Positions 26,086 to 38,900 are shown, numbered from the whole stretch's first letter. The stretch is DNA of 63,527 bases, filler included, from Octopus bimaculoides (GCF_001194135.2; 5 parts of 5 records of this genome joined end to end with filler, not necessarily neighbours in it); one strand, 5' to 3'. Notes: generated from the letters alone by a model not told the origin. Numbers and translations: made by a program.

Positions 26086-27513
26086 GTATATATACACACG
26101 CACACACACACACACAGAAGTCATATGCAATATATTTAGATATATCTAGCAAACATTTAATCTAGTGTAACTCGTCTACATTGTTGTTAAAACTGCTGCC
26201 CAAAATCTCTGATGATCTTTAGTGATATCCTCACATAATTGTTTTATCAGCAATTCATAGGCTAGGCTTCCTTTTCATAGTTATAAAATATTTCAAGTCT
26301 TATCAGTTATAGACACTCAACAAAGGTCAAGTGGGACCTATGTTAGGGCTCTGCTCATGTATTTCAGACAATGATGCTGCTGTGCTCACAAGCATTTTAA
26401 AGAGCATCATCAAAAATTCCAACCAATTTAATAAAGTACAACTCCTAGATGAACTACTTCTCTATTTAACCATTACAACAACGATCACTGTTCCGAACCA
26501 GGAAGCTCCACGGCGCCTTTGATCCGACTCTCACTACTCCTCTCGTCCTTACGTTTTCCATAATGTAATCTCGTCCTTCACGTTATTCTTCAGCTTCCAA
26601 ACTGCAGACACAAACTAATAGAAGTTCAAACTAAGTACCAACTGCATCGATCTTCTCGCTGTCAATGGTCACGGCTGTTGACCCTGGTCGTCGTACTGAT
26701 TAATGAAAATAAACAAGAAAGTAGAGATGACCAAGACACTTAATTAAGACAAATCTTTTAGTATGTTGCTAGCAATGGTGTAATTTCTTTGTAACCAATT
26801 CGTTTCATTTAAACCGTTTGTGTGATTTGAAAAAGTGTGTAAATTCTGACATCCCTCCCTAAATATATATATAGAACCTGGGTATTGATCGTAGATTTAT
26901 TTTAAACTAAAGTGAAGTCTCTAATGGCAATCTGAGCTCATATTCCTATTTTAAGTTCTAATTCAAGTTGTCTACGCCAATATTTCCATTCTGAAAGGCA
27001 TAAATGCCACACATCTACATATTTGTCAAATGCAAAGTTGTGGCATTTTAATTTTGAAGTTAGGGAGAAATTATCAAATTTCAAACAGAAAAATGAGAAG
27101 TTCCAAACAAGATTTGGGATTCATACACCATAACCTACTTGTAACACGATCAGAATTACTAGTGATAGTAATTTCCATGTTTTGGAGTCGGCGGAACCTT
27201 AAAGGAAACTGACGCATTTCAAATGAACTAAATTGAATTTCATAGATATATTATTCATGTACATATATCCGCTGATGTAAACCAGGGTTTGCTCATTAGA
27301 CGTCATGTTAAATACGGCTAGGACCCATACTTAATAACCAAATAGCTTTCTAAAGTAGTAATATTTTGTAAAAATGTTTTTCTGTTCAGCAATCATTTCT
27401 AAAATATTTTTAGTACTCGGTTCAGTAGTTTTTAAAATATCAAAGTAGACGCTTGAGTAATCAATAAAGCAAACACAAGTTTTTAAAAATTACACATAAT
27501 ATTTACGTGTGTA

Positions 27514-27594
<81 letters not shown>

Positions 27595-27974
27595 ATATTT
27601 CTGGTTGGATATGTTGAATGCAAAAAATGAAAGTTGCGCTGTGTTGTAACAATTATTTTTACCCAATTAATGAGATAAGTAGTAGTGTATGTTTAAAAAG
27701 AACGTCATTTTCAGAGAATAATTTGAATACCAGGAATTCCGTTCTATACGAGAAGGTGGGATAGGGGAGAGGAGAAAAAGAAAGAGCAAATGAAAGTGTG
27801 CCGAAGAGACAAAGGAAAAGAAAAACCTCAGGGAAACTTTGTCATCAGCTACATTAACAAACATGTATAATCCATTTGAATACATACATTCATACACACG
27901 GACGCACGCATACATACGCACACTCATATAAAAATATAGACAGACAGATATATATATATATATATATATATATG

Positions 27975-28115
27975 GGAGAATATACAAATAATAACAACAG
28001 ACGAGGACAGGTGGTGTAAATAACAAAAGGATATATTAGTATGACGCTCGGGAATACGGAAAGTCTTTGACGTTTCGAGCTACGCTCTTCAACAGAAAGA
28101 ATACGGAGACAAGTA
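27975..28115 (-). mobile_element. Penelope-pLTR/retrozyme-like short repeat ending in (TA)n
   Basis: Homologous to 5835-6020, carries a hammerhead fold, and its 3' end runs into (TA)n at about 27949-27972. Confidence 0.65.
28064..28100 (-). ncRNA. minimal type-I hammerhead ribozyme motif with variant core (A6U)
   Basis: TCTTT-CTGTTGA-A-GAGC-GTA-GCTC-GAAA-CG-TC-AAAGA: 5-bp stem I, 4-bp stem II, palindromic stem III (ACGU), GUC site. Confidence 0.65.
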
Positions 28116-28142
28116 TGTAATACGGATTTAAGTATGTAATAG

Positions 28143-28283
28143 AGACAAAAACCAAATGTTGATATTTTGATATTTTTAATGCATTTAATACGCGTCATTC
28201 GAGTAATTGTGTAAGAATTCTCATAAATAATTGCTCGAAACGTGTATTAAATGCATTCAAAATATCAACATATGACTTTGTCT
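28143..28283. repeat. fold-back (MITE-like) imperfect palindrome
   Basis: The left arm ATGTTGATATTTTG...AATGCATTTAATACGCGT..TTCGAGTAATT pairs with AATTGCTCGAAACGTGTATTAAATGCATTCAAAATATCAACAT. Outer AGACAAA/TTTGTCT also pair. Confidence 0.8.
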
Positions 28284-29299
28284 TTATGAAATATTGTATG
28301 ACTTTCTTTCACTCCAGTCTAACCTGTCCTTGCTTCGATAATACTATTTACATTAACAAGAATTTAGGAGTAGAATGTTTTAGCAGACACGAGTCAAAAG
28401 TTCTTGTAAACTATATCGCATCATTGCACACTTCTCAGCACTCACANNNNNNNNNNNNNNNNNNNNNNNNNNNNNNNNNNNNNNNNNNNNNNNNNNNNNN
28501 NNNNNNNNNNNNNNNNNNNNNNNNNNNNNNNNNNNNNNNNNNNNNNNNNNNNNNNNNNNNNNNNNNNNNNNNNNNNNNNNNNNNNNNNNNNNNNNNNNNN
28601 NNNNNNNNNNNNNNNNNNNNNNNNNNNNNNNNNNNNNNNNNNNNNNNNNNNNNNNNNNNNNNNNNNNNNNNNNNNNNNNNNNNNNNNNNNNNNNNNNNNN
28701 NNNNNNNNNNNNNNNNNNNNNNNNNNNNNNNNNNNNNNNNNNNNNNNNNNNNNNNNNNNNNNNNNNNNNNNNNNNNNNNNNNNNNNNNNNNNATATATAT
28801 ATATATATATATATATATAGGTCAGGAAAAATGCACTCGTATATTTGTCAGAACGGGTATATTAGTCGAAGTGTACAATTTTATATATCAATTACGACCG
28901 ATCGTACCGATCGGTTTCGCACTAGGGGTTTAACAGAGTGCTAAGTAAGTACGATTACGTAACCCTGCGCTCTTCAGAAATGGCACGCCATATTTCATTC
29001 TATAACTGCCAGCTATGAAGAACGCTACATAATCGGACTGATTTGATGATAGCTATACACAAGCATACAGTAATACTTTTCAGTGTCGTCTTTTCTTTTG
29101 TTAAAGCGGTATGGTTTTAAATTGAGAATACATAGCTATTTCCAGCTAGCCAGCTGATCATGTTGAAGTACTCCCATATTTCAAGATGAGATTAATAATG
29201 TGCTGATGTAAGTACTGTCGGTATGCTAAGGCTAAAAGCGTTCGGTATTTAAATACATAATGCGTTTAGAGTTGTACATTGTTTGATAAGAAGTAGGAT

Positions 29300-29520
29300 A
29301 TTGGTTTCAAATTTTGGCACAAGATCAGCAGTTTCTGCCGGACGGGGCAAATCGATTACATCGACTCCAATGCTCAACTGGTACTTATTTTATCAAAACC
29401 CGAAAGAGGTGAAAGGCAAAGTCAACCTCGGCAGAATTCGAAATTGGGGCGTAAAAACGGACGGAAGGCCGCTAAGCATTTTGCCCGGTGTGTTAACTAT
29501 TCTGTAAGTTCGCCGCTTTT
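29300..29520 (-). mobile_element. SINE family B copy
   Basis: Reverse complement reads GCGGCGAACTTACAGAATAGTTAACACACCGGGCAAAATGCTTAGCGG...GAGGTTGACTTTGCCTTTCACC. Confidence 0.85.
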
Positions 29521-29821
29521 GTAGAATATTAGAGGTAGTAAGTGCTTTGTGGCTCACTATAAAAAGAAATGTTTGTGTTGTTGCGATTGGAAGTGTTTAC
29601 TGGAGTATGTATGCGGGAATTCGTTAGGTATGACAAAATGTATTCATTGCTTTTCTATAACACAAAGAGCCCTATTGTTACACTTATTCAAGTTTGTTAC
29701 TGGCGTTTCCATCGTACACACCAAACTTCCTCCCGCTTCTTTCTTACTTTCTGTTTTACTTTCTTTTTCTTTCTTTCTTTCTTCCCTTCTCTCTCTCTCT
29801 CTCTCTCTCTCNNNNNNNNNN

Positions 29822-29869
<48 letters not shown>

Positions 29870-32800
29870 CGCCTCCCTTATTCCTTCCCAGATTCACTAT
29901 ACCTTGGTGTCAGACTGTTTTACATGCTCCAATTCACTTAACTAGCAGAAATAATTATCAGAACTGCGATAGATTAATTATCTCACTCTAGGCAATGCAT
30001 TTGTGTCCCACCTGGATAATGATACATAAATTTGAATAATTAAATATAAGGTTTATGGACTACTATAAATTAAAAACCAGCTCAGTGAGCTATTGAGCTG
30101 TTAAATACTTACATGAAGCTAACGCATTGATATGAAAGCAAATGGTAACACTGGTCTAAAGCACATGGTTTCCTAGATGGACTATAAGTTTTACAGATAG
30201 ACTTCAAAGTTGTTTTCAGTTGCATGTTCTTGAAATAAAGACAAATATTCTTTTTTATTAATCATATTTGAAATATGTTTTTTTAGTTTACATATTTGCT
30301 TGGATCATTGCTATTTAATCACGCCTTTTAAATTTGATTTTTTACAAGTGAATCCCAACAACTAACTATCAGAATGAATCTCATAAAAATATATCAAATA
30401 TACTTTGATGGTTCATGCGCGCGCGTATGTGTGTGTATGTGTGTGTATGTGTGTGTGTTTGAGTGTGTGCGTGTATGTATAACCAAACCAAGCAGTAGAT
30501 ACAATATCAAATCTGCACTGCTTGCTGAAGTACTGAATATGACTGGTTGAACGAAAGAGACAATCAGTACTTCTGCCATATTCATAAGTTGTGAAGAAAT
30601 AGCATCATACTGGATGTTGTTTTAAACATTAGTGAGTTTAAGGCAAGTAACAGACACAAAACTGAATAATCCAAACTTGTATTTTGCACATAGACCAGTC
30701 CAATTAGTGGACCAGCTTCCATAGATGATGAAATAGACAGCAGCGAAGATCCAATAGGTTGACGTGCCAGACTTGTTGCAGCTTCAGTTTCTTATACCTG
30801 AAGAAAATTAAAACAAAAGTATTTCAACAGTTTTATTTAAAACTTATCACCGTCGAAAGAGAAGGTAGGTATTGTATCGTAACACAATGTGTGAGTCCCA
30901 ATTGAAGGCGACATTTCTATTTGGTAATGTGCTTTACAATTGATGGTTCTGCCGCCGCAATAGCATCAAAATACAAATTTTGTCAAACATCTCCATTGTT
31001 CAATCTGTACTTCAGAATATAGATATATTGCTTTACATTATTCAGTACCGTAGTTTTTCATTAAAATCTGTATAGAGACCTCAACGTTATTTATATGCTA
31101 ACAAATTTTCTAGCAGGACTTACAAAATGCTGTTGCTTATGATGAAGAGATGTGGTACCATGAATCTCTATAAAAAATGTTACCGACCACTTAGGTTAGT
31201 ATATATTCTGTCACCAATTATATTACTAATTACCAAACATGTACTTTAAAATAAGTGAAGGTTAACAATGCAATAGGTTTTCGCTGTTTTCTACATTTCT
31301 AAAATCGTGACCTTACCTTTTCTGTTTTGTAATTGCGTTTATACTGTTTCTTATTTGAGATAATTGGCATTTTTTGTTCATTATGTCTTCTCCTTCAGAT
31401 TTTGTGAGAAAAACTTGATTTTATATAACCCTGCGATTTCTATTTTCAATAAAGGACAGGCTGGACGGTATTAACATGATTTATGTACAGGGGGATGCAA
31501 CACAAACTTTTCCAGTGACCCAGTAGAAATACTTTTAAGAAAAAGGCCGAGGAAACTGGTGTCAGGCCAGTCCGAAAACGGAATGAAGTTAAATCCATAT
31601 GGTTGTTTAAGTTAGTATGTCATAAAGCGAAAATGATGCTGAAAATGCATGTAAAGTTCAATAAGTCATCTATAAGAGACAGAAAACGCCCCTCTTTCTC
31701 TCCCCCTTTCTCTCCTCCTTTCTCTCTCTCTCTCTCTCTCCCTCTCTCTCTCTCTCCCTCTCTCTTTCTCTCACCTCCATCTCTTTCTTTGACCTCCTTC
31801 TCTCTTTCTAACCTCCAACTCTCTCTTTAACCTTCATCTTTCTCTCACTTTCTCATCTCCATTTCTCTCTTTCTCTCTCAGACGAAGGGTTACTCGCGAA
31901 CTGATTTAGAGCTATAAACTTCTAAATACGATCTCAGTTCGATCTCACCACCTTCTAGTATACTTAATAGACAAGAACTGGATTATAATGCAGTGGTCAA
32001 AAGCGAAAATTACATCGATTTTGCCTCTGATAATGTTTTTGCTGTTGTTCTTTTAGTTACTGTGCTTTGTTTTTCTTTTGTTATATTTTGGAATATCTTT
32101 CATGTTAGGACTTTCAACAACTTTTACGATAGCACTTATTGGACAGGACGGATTACAAAGAATTCAAAAAACAAAAAACATAAAAAAAAATGAAAAAGTG
32201 TGAGTAGAAAAAATGAACGAAAATATAAAATAGAAGCCAACCAATTTACTTATAAGTAATAGGTTTACTAAAGTTACACTCTAAAGAAATTTGGAATGAA
32301 TGCCAGGCAACAGCAAGACAATAGAAATTCTTTCTGCGAAAGAAAGAAAAAGAGCGACTGAAGTTCATTAAGTATCTTCGTACTATTCCAAAATGCCGAA
32401 AGATTATTTAGTTTGAATTTTGAAGTTTGTGGGCCTTAAATTAGTAATTAATTTGCTCAAAATAATTCAGAATGAAGAAAAAATAAAGAAGGAAGCAAAG
32501 TAGAAAATGATATAGCATTAGTAGTATAACTTCTTGGTTATGGTGCTACTGGAGATGATGATGACGGTAATATATGGAAATTGATCTTATATGGTTTCTA
32601 TTCCTGAAAAAAAAATTACTGGCAAGTATTTCTTGTAAACAATACTCGATAACATTTCATTTGCACCCAAAATAATAGGCAAACATGTTACAATTGGCTC
32701 TTTTCTTAAGAAAGATGATTTTCTTCTTTTTCTTTTTTTGTTTTTTTTTGTTGTTGTTGTTAACTTTAAGTCCCATTTCATCATCTACGTTTTACTCCTA

Positions 32801-32994
32801 CTACTGCTACTAATGAGATTTCTAGTTTTGGCAAAAGGCAATACATTTTGGGGAGTGATGCAGTCGATTTGATCCATCCCAATTGAAAGCATAATTATTT
32901 TTAATAAAAATAAAAATGATGATGACGATATCATTATTAGTGTTATTATTATTATTATCATCATCATTGTTATTATTATTATTATTATTACTAT

Positions 32995-33041
<47 letters not shown>

Positions 33042-33045
33042 TTAC

Positions 33046-33082
<37 letters not shown>

Positions 33083-33630
33083 TGTTCAGGACCACGCGTA
33101 CATTTTCGCCTGCATGTGAGTTTTCACTGGATGACCATTTACACTTGTTAACTTTAAATTTTTTGTTGTTTCTTTTGCTTTGCATTTCCTTTGACTTTCT
33201 ATGAAAGTAAAAAAAAAAAAACTATTTTGTTATTTCAAAAGATGAAATTGATCCGACCTCACTTAAACTTTAATTGTTACTACCACTATTACCATCGCCA
33301 CCCTATCACCCTCAACACAAACGCCACCACCACCACTGTCATCTCTATACACAAATACAAACAGATGCAATTCAACTAATCTGAAATGAAATGATATTCT
33401 AGGTTTTCATGTGTAATTTTAAATATTCCGCTACGAAGTTCATTTTATTATAGAATATGGTTATTTGAGGACACATTGTTTTCGCACAAGTGCCAAGCAA
33501 ACTTGATCTTCACGCACCGACTGTCACTCAAAGAAGGAATATCTTTTTCGAACATGTGTATTGAAAAACACTATGAAACACATCGAAATGTTTGTAGATG
33601 CATGTATAAGATACATACATACATACATAC

Positions 33631-33684
<54 letters not shown>

Positions 33685-33868
33685 NNNNNNNNNNNNNNNN
33701 NNNNNNNNNNNNNNNNNNNNNNNNNNNNNNNNNNNNNNNNNNNNNNNNNNNNNNNNNNNNNNNNNNNNNNNNNNNNNNNNNNNNNNNNNNNNNNNNNNNN
33801 NNNNNNNNNNNNNNNNNNNNNNNNNNNNNNNNNNNNNNNNNNNNNNNNNNNNNNNNNNNNNNNNNNNN

Positions 33869-34070
33869 AACTCTGTCTGTTTTTTATGTTTTATTTATAT
33901 TCTTATAAAATTAATGTGGGATATAGAATATGTAATACATAATATAAATAGTAAAATGAAATGAAGTATTGAATGTCTTATTGAATATATGAGATATTGA
34001 GTATTAAATATAGAGTGTTAATATATAAGGATTAGTATACTTTCCTGCCTCATGGCATTCATCAGTCAAA
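33869..34070 (-). mobile_element. AT-rich repeat family X with degenerate hammerhead at its 5' end
   Basis: Homologous to 52725-52978 and 60790-61012. Minus strand reads CTGATGA-A-TGCC-ATGA-GGCA-G-GAAA-GTATAC-TA at about 34029-34068. Confidence 0.6.
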
Positions 34071-34073
34071 CCC

Positions 34074-34110
<37 letters not shown>

Positions 34111-34444
34111 TATATAATGTTAGGATAAAATCTTTATAAGAATTTATCAAGTAGTTAGCGTGAAAAAAACCTCATAAGGAAAAAAAAAACATCATTTTTT
34201 CCCATAAATATATATAATTTAATTTATATAAGGGCATTACTATACAATAATGCCACACGCTTAGAGGGACCTCATAAGACAAAACTACCAAAATAAGCAC
34301 ATTTTTACCGATCGCGAAGGAATACAACTTTCAAAGTTAACCTCCTAAAAACTTTTAACTTAACGGTAAACCAATGGTTTCATAATTAACACACCAAAAC
34401 TATGCAGTGCGCTATCAGCGTCAAAAACTGAATATGAAACTTAC

Positions 34445-34950
34445 AGGGTACACTGGTCTACAAGGGATTACAATCCCAGTTGGACTGTCTGTGAGGGAGC
34501 AATCCTTTTGGAAGAGGCGTTCTATCTTGCAGCGTATTGTGTCTGTTTCTTTGGCGTAATGAAAGAAGGCCTTTGGGTTTGACTTAATGTTTTAAATAAC
34601 CCAGGACCTTTTGCTACTTTTGGGATGTTGGTCGAGTCATTTTGCAACCTTCGTCCGTCGTTTCATGAGGATCTTCCTCTCCTTTGGAATCTTGTTCCTA
34701 TTTGTTTTGACCTTTTGCTCTGGGACATATTTCTGGCATATGGATTGCACAACAGACATGAAATATTCTAGTTGATCTGAGTACAACTTGCTCCACGAAT
34801 AGGTCATTGATGAGGATGAGTAAGGAGCTTGCTTGCAATGAGTCATTTCTGAGAGCATGAGTCCTTCGAGCCATTTGATGTTTGGAAAGTTGAAATCACG
34901 CATAAGAAATAAGCTCACGTGGGGTTCCAGTTGCATGAGGATTTCTTTTA
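34445..34950 (-). mobile_element. CR1/L2-like LINE ORF2 fragment
   Basis: LMRDFNFPNIKW (APE GDFN motif), ICQKYVP...IPKERKILMKRRTK, and IKSNPKAFFHYAK. Confidence 0.8.
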
Positions 34951-34954
34951 ATCC

Positions 34955-35603
34955 CCTTTAATTCTGCCGCACGAGCTTCAGAGACTGCAGCACAGCGCGC
35001 AGTTTGACTTACAAGAGATACTCCAGCAACTGTTGCTGCGCGCGCTATGGGGACTACAGGGGAAAGACAGCAACTACTGGAGGCTACAACTTAGCGAAGG
35101 GCTACATGACGTTCCTACTCAAGGCCATGCTCCTCGCGTTAGTCAAAGACAGCATTTCAACTACGATCCTACAATTGACTTGAATAACCACCCTGACGTT
35201 CAACTAGGCTGTATGTCCACAATCTCTTGCGGCACTAAAACGTGACCTAGACAAACTCCCGCCATGTGCTGCTCCAACGGTTTGATTACAGTATCTCTTC
35301 TACAAGATCCTCCACCTTTTTTTGACTCATCTTTTGACAGGGGCGTCTCTATTCTCATGACTTTCTCAAGAGGTTACGTGCCTACAACTACGCGTTCCAA
35401 ATGACTTCCTTCGGCGTCTAATCATACGAGATGGGTATTTCATGCCTTCCTTTAAAGTGCAGGGGCAGATTTACCATAGAATTGGTTCTCTGCAGGTGCA
35501 TGATGTTGCCTTGCCTCAGTTTCTTCAGCTCTACTTCGTGGGAGACCACGCTGACCAGGCATACTTAACAAAGAGCTCCGGCAACGCCGAGTACGCCTGC
35601 TAG
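34955..35603 (+). mobile_element. internally deleted Helitron: Rep N-terminus fused to 3' terminus
   Basis: FNYDPTIDLNNHPDVQLGCM...PAMCCSNG...LRAYNYAFQMTSFG...FMPSFKVQGQIYHRIGSL...PQFLQLYFVGD, followed by CCGG-CAACG-CCGAG...CTAG|T at 35576-35604. Confidence 0.88.
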
Positions 35604-36739
35604 TTTATATATGTGTGAGCGACATAGTTTCCACCTACTAAAATTTAGTCACAAGGTATTGGTCGGCCTGAAGCTATGGTTGTAAATACTTGCCGAAGGT
35701 ACCGCACAGTGGAACTGAAACCGAAACTGCAAGGCGAACTTCTTAATCACAGTCACGGCGAATTTATAAATTTAACTCGGTAATATCAACATTCGAATTT
35801 TCAGTGCTTTAGATTTTATAATAATTATAGTTATTATGATTTTATGCTAGTTATAGATTGTATAATAATAGTAGTTATATAATAATAGTAGTTATAGCGA
35901 TCACATTTCTATGAATAACGAACGTGTCAAAACTAACTTTGGAAAACCGAAATCAATTTAAATTATTTTTAATCCTATTAAATCTACCATACCATATTTG
36001 ATTTAAACGCAACCCCACTGTCAAAACCAACTGTAATTTTAAAAATTCACTATTTTAAAATCTCAAAATTTGTATCATAGTCTGTTTAATAAAATTGCTA
36101 TAAAATATACTGAATGTAAAAATACAAATTTTGATACGACCCACTTAAATTGTATATAATCTATTCTTTATAAAGTACAATTTAAGCTTTTATGTTTGCT
36201 CTGTTGGCCCTGTATTTATTTTCTCTCCAAAACACGCCTACAATAGACCTAGAATAGTCACACCCCATTTAAAGTTAGAATTGAAAACTAATGACCTTGA
36301 CCTTGACAGCTAAATATAATCCTTCTCCCTATTCCGTAGCAGTATACCATCCCACTGACGCCATATTTAGCATTATTTCATGTTATCTCCTTTCCTCTGC
36401 TCCTCTCCACTTGCTTCTTTATCTGTCTTCCAATTTTCCCTTTTTATCTTGTTATTCCAAAACATCAATTTCTATTTTGTGTCACTATTCTCTTTATAAT
36501 CTTCATATTCTCTTCCGCTACTCTCTGTTGTTTTGATCAATTCCACACCTCAGTACTGCTAATTTTCTAAATTTATTTTAAAGTCCTCAACGTAACCCAA
36601 ATTTCCTTCTAATACTTTAACTGTTATAACCTCCATCCTCTCATTCCTTACTCCAAGTGACTCCATTAACGTGCTGCATCCTTTCTGGTTGGTAAGTCTC
36701 AGATATCAAAGTACACTGCCGGTTTGTTAGAGGTAAAAA

Positions 36740-37160
36740 AATAGATATTGCTATGCACACTCCGAGAAATTTATCATTGGAAGATCAATGGAAGTACAAT
36801 ATCTGTAATTATGTTGATTCGTTGATAACACAAAAAGTATTTGATAACAATAAGCTACGAAGAAGTCATCTTCATCTTAGAAGCTATAAATCTAAATAGA
36901 AAGTCTTACGAATAATCAAAAATATATTGGCAACAAGCTGTAGCAATGAAATTCAGAAATGATGTAGGAAGATATGATAATATCAACAAAGATGTACTAC
37001 ATGGGTGCGCGTTTATTGCCTGAACAATTTTCATTATACACTTAGATAATTATGAGAACTATTAAAAGATCCACCAGATATACATATAGGAGAACAAATC
37101 ATTAAAATATTCATTTTACAGACGAAAATTTTCATAGCAACAACAGAGAATGATCTACAC
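36740..37160 (+). mobile_element. decayed RTE-like RT fragment
   Basis: Frameshifted DVLHGC../PEQFSLYT*IIMRTIK../IHIGEQIIK resembles GVRQGC.LSP.LF.LY.E.IMR. Confidence 0.45.
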
Positions 37161-37184
37161 ATTTAGTACTCTATTACTTTAATC

Positions 37185-37520
37185 TCTCCTTGTTTCAGTT
37201 ATTGGGCTGTGTCCGTGCAGGGGCACCGCGTTGAAAGGTTTCTTCGATCAAAATAGTAATTATTTTTCTTTTTAAGTCTAATACTTATTTTGTCGGTATC
37301 TTAAACTGAATCGCTAAGTAACGGGAACATAGACTAACGAATATTGATTTTTAAGTGGATGGGGACAAACACAAAGACAGTACATTCGCACGGACACACT
37401 TACGCGCGCGCGCGCGCAGAGGAACGCACATATGTGAGGATTTTCTACAGAGTACTTTGCAGTGGAGCTGAACTCGAAACTACTACGTCGCGAAGAATAT
37501 TTCTTAATCACACAGCCATG
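37185..37520 (-). mobile_element. SINE family A, diverged
   Basis: Runs from TTGTTTCAGTTATTGGGCTG to CACACAGCCATGCCT and is colinear with the reverse complement of family A. Confidence 0.75.
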
Positions 37521-37797
37521 CCTCTGCCTTTTAAGACGGAAGATAAAAGATGAGCCTAGGTCTAGAGAGAAAAAGAATAAAAATCTTAAAGAAAATACCG
37601 GTCATTTGCAACATAGGGATTAATGGAACAACCGTGTAACAAGTTGGTAGTTTTAAATGTTTGCGAATCACCATAATATCAGATGAAGAAAACCTCAAAG
37701 ATATTAACTCAGAAAGTTAAACATGTCAAGGCTGTTTTCAGTGAGATCAAATTTATGTTTAAAATGAACGACTATTGATAAGAGTGAGGAAATATAT

Positions 37798-37958
37798 ATG
37801 TGAATGTGTGGTAAGAAACTTGCTTGCCAATCACATGGTTCCCAGTTCAGTCCCACTGCATGGTACGTTGGGCAATTCTCTTCTACTGCCTCGGGCCGAC
37901 CAAAGCCTTGTGAGTGAATTTGGTAGAGGAAAACTGAAAAAAGCCTGTAGTATTTATG

Positions 37959-38004
<46 letters not shown>

Positions 38005-38472
38005 CATACATACATACATACATACATACAGGATACCCCCAAAAATATATGCACACTTTAAGTACTTGTAAAGTAGGTGTTTATTAAAATACATTTCATT
38101 TTCAAAATTTAATATTTTATTTGGCTAAAATTACATACTTTAAGTCAGTGTTGGTAGAAATTAAATAAACTTGCAAATACACGTTCACTTTACTAAATTT
38201 ATATTCGGGCTAAGCCCGAACAGCTCGAGTGCCGGAGTCGCCACTGATATATATATATATTTGTGTGTCTGTGTTTGTTTCCGCACCGTCGCTTGACAAC
38301 CGATGTTACGATGTTTACGTCCCCATAAGTTAGCGGTTCGGCAAAGAGACCGACAGAACAATTACTAGGTTTACAGAGAATATGCCCTGAGTTCGATTTG
38401 TTCGACTAAAATCCCTGGAGTTTATGCTCCAGCATGAACGCAGTCAATTGATTGAAACAAATAAAAGAATAT
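37798..38472 (+). mobile_element. SINE family A split by an approximately 215-bp insertion in its internal microsatellite
   Basis: Head 37798-37960. Unrelated AT-rich insert about 38030-38246 (TA-CAGG...CCACTG-AT, with hairpin TTCGGGC-TAA-GCCCGAA). Tail 38255-38472. Confidence 0.75.
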
Positions 38473-38662
38473 AAACTATTCTTACACATGACTGTGTGAT
38501 TTGAGACATCAATAAACAAGCACAAAAGCTACCAAAATTGCAGAGATGTATTTCTTAAACGACTAGTGAAAACATCCTATGCAGAGAAAATAACGCAAGT
38601 TGAAGCTCCTTGACAATCTGCACCCCCCACAACCACAACCACATCCACCTGTCATTCATTTT

Positions 38663-38900
38663 GGAGGAGCGTGGCTTAGTGGTTAGGCTGTTGGAATGAT
38701 GATCGTAAGATTGAGGTTTCGATTCCTGGACCAGGCGATGCGTTGTGTTCTTGAGCAAAACACTTCATTTCACGTTGCTCCAGTCCACTCAGCTGACAAA
38801 ATGAGTAATCCTACGAAGGACCGACGTCCTGCCAACGTGGGGAATATATACGCCATGGAAACCAGGAAACTGGCCTCTATGAGTCGGCACGAATCGAGAG
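38663..38900 (+). mobile_element. SINE family C
   Basis: GGAGGAGCGTGGCTTAGTGGTTAG...GGTTTCGATTCCTGG...GTGTTCTTGAGCAAAACACTT...CCACTCAGCTG. Confidence 0.85.

Noticed and set aside
30740-30797. In-frame TGA in GIRN*SCNK read as selenocysteine
   Set aside because: A second stop (TAA) follows in the same frame, and there is no selenoprotein motif and no SECIS seen.
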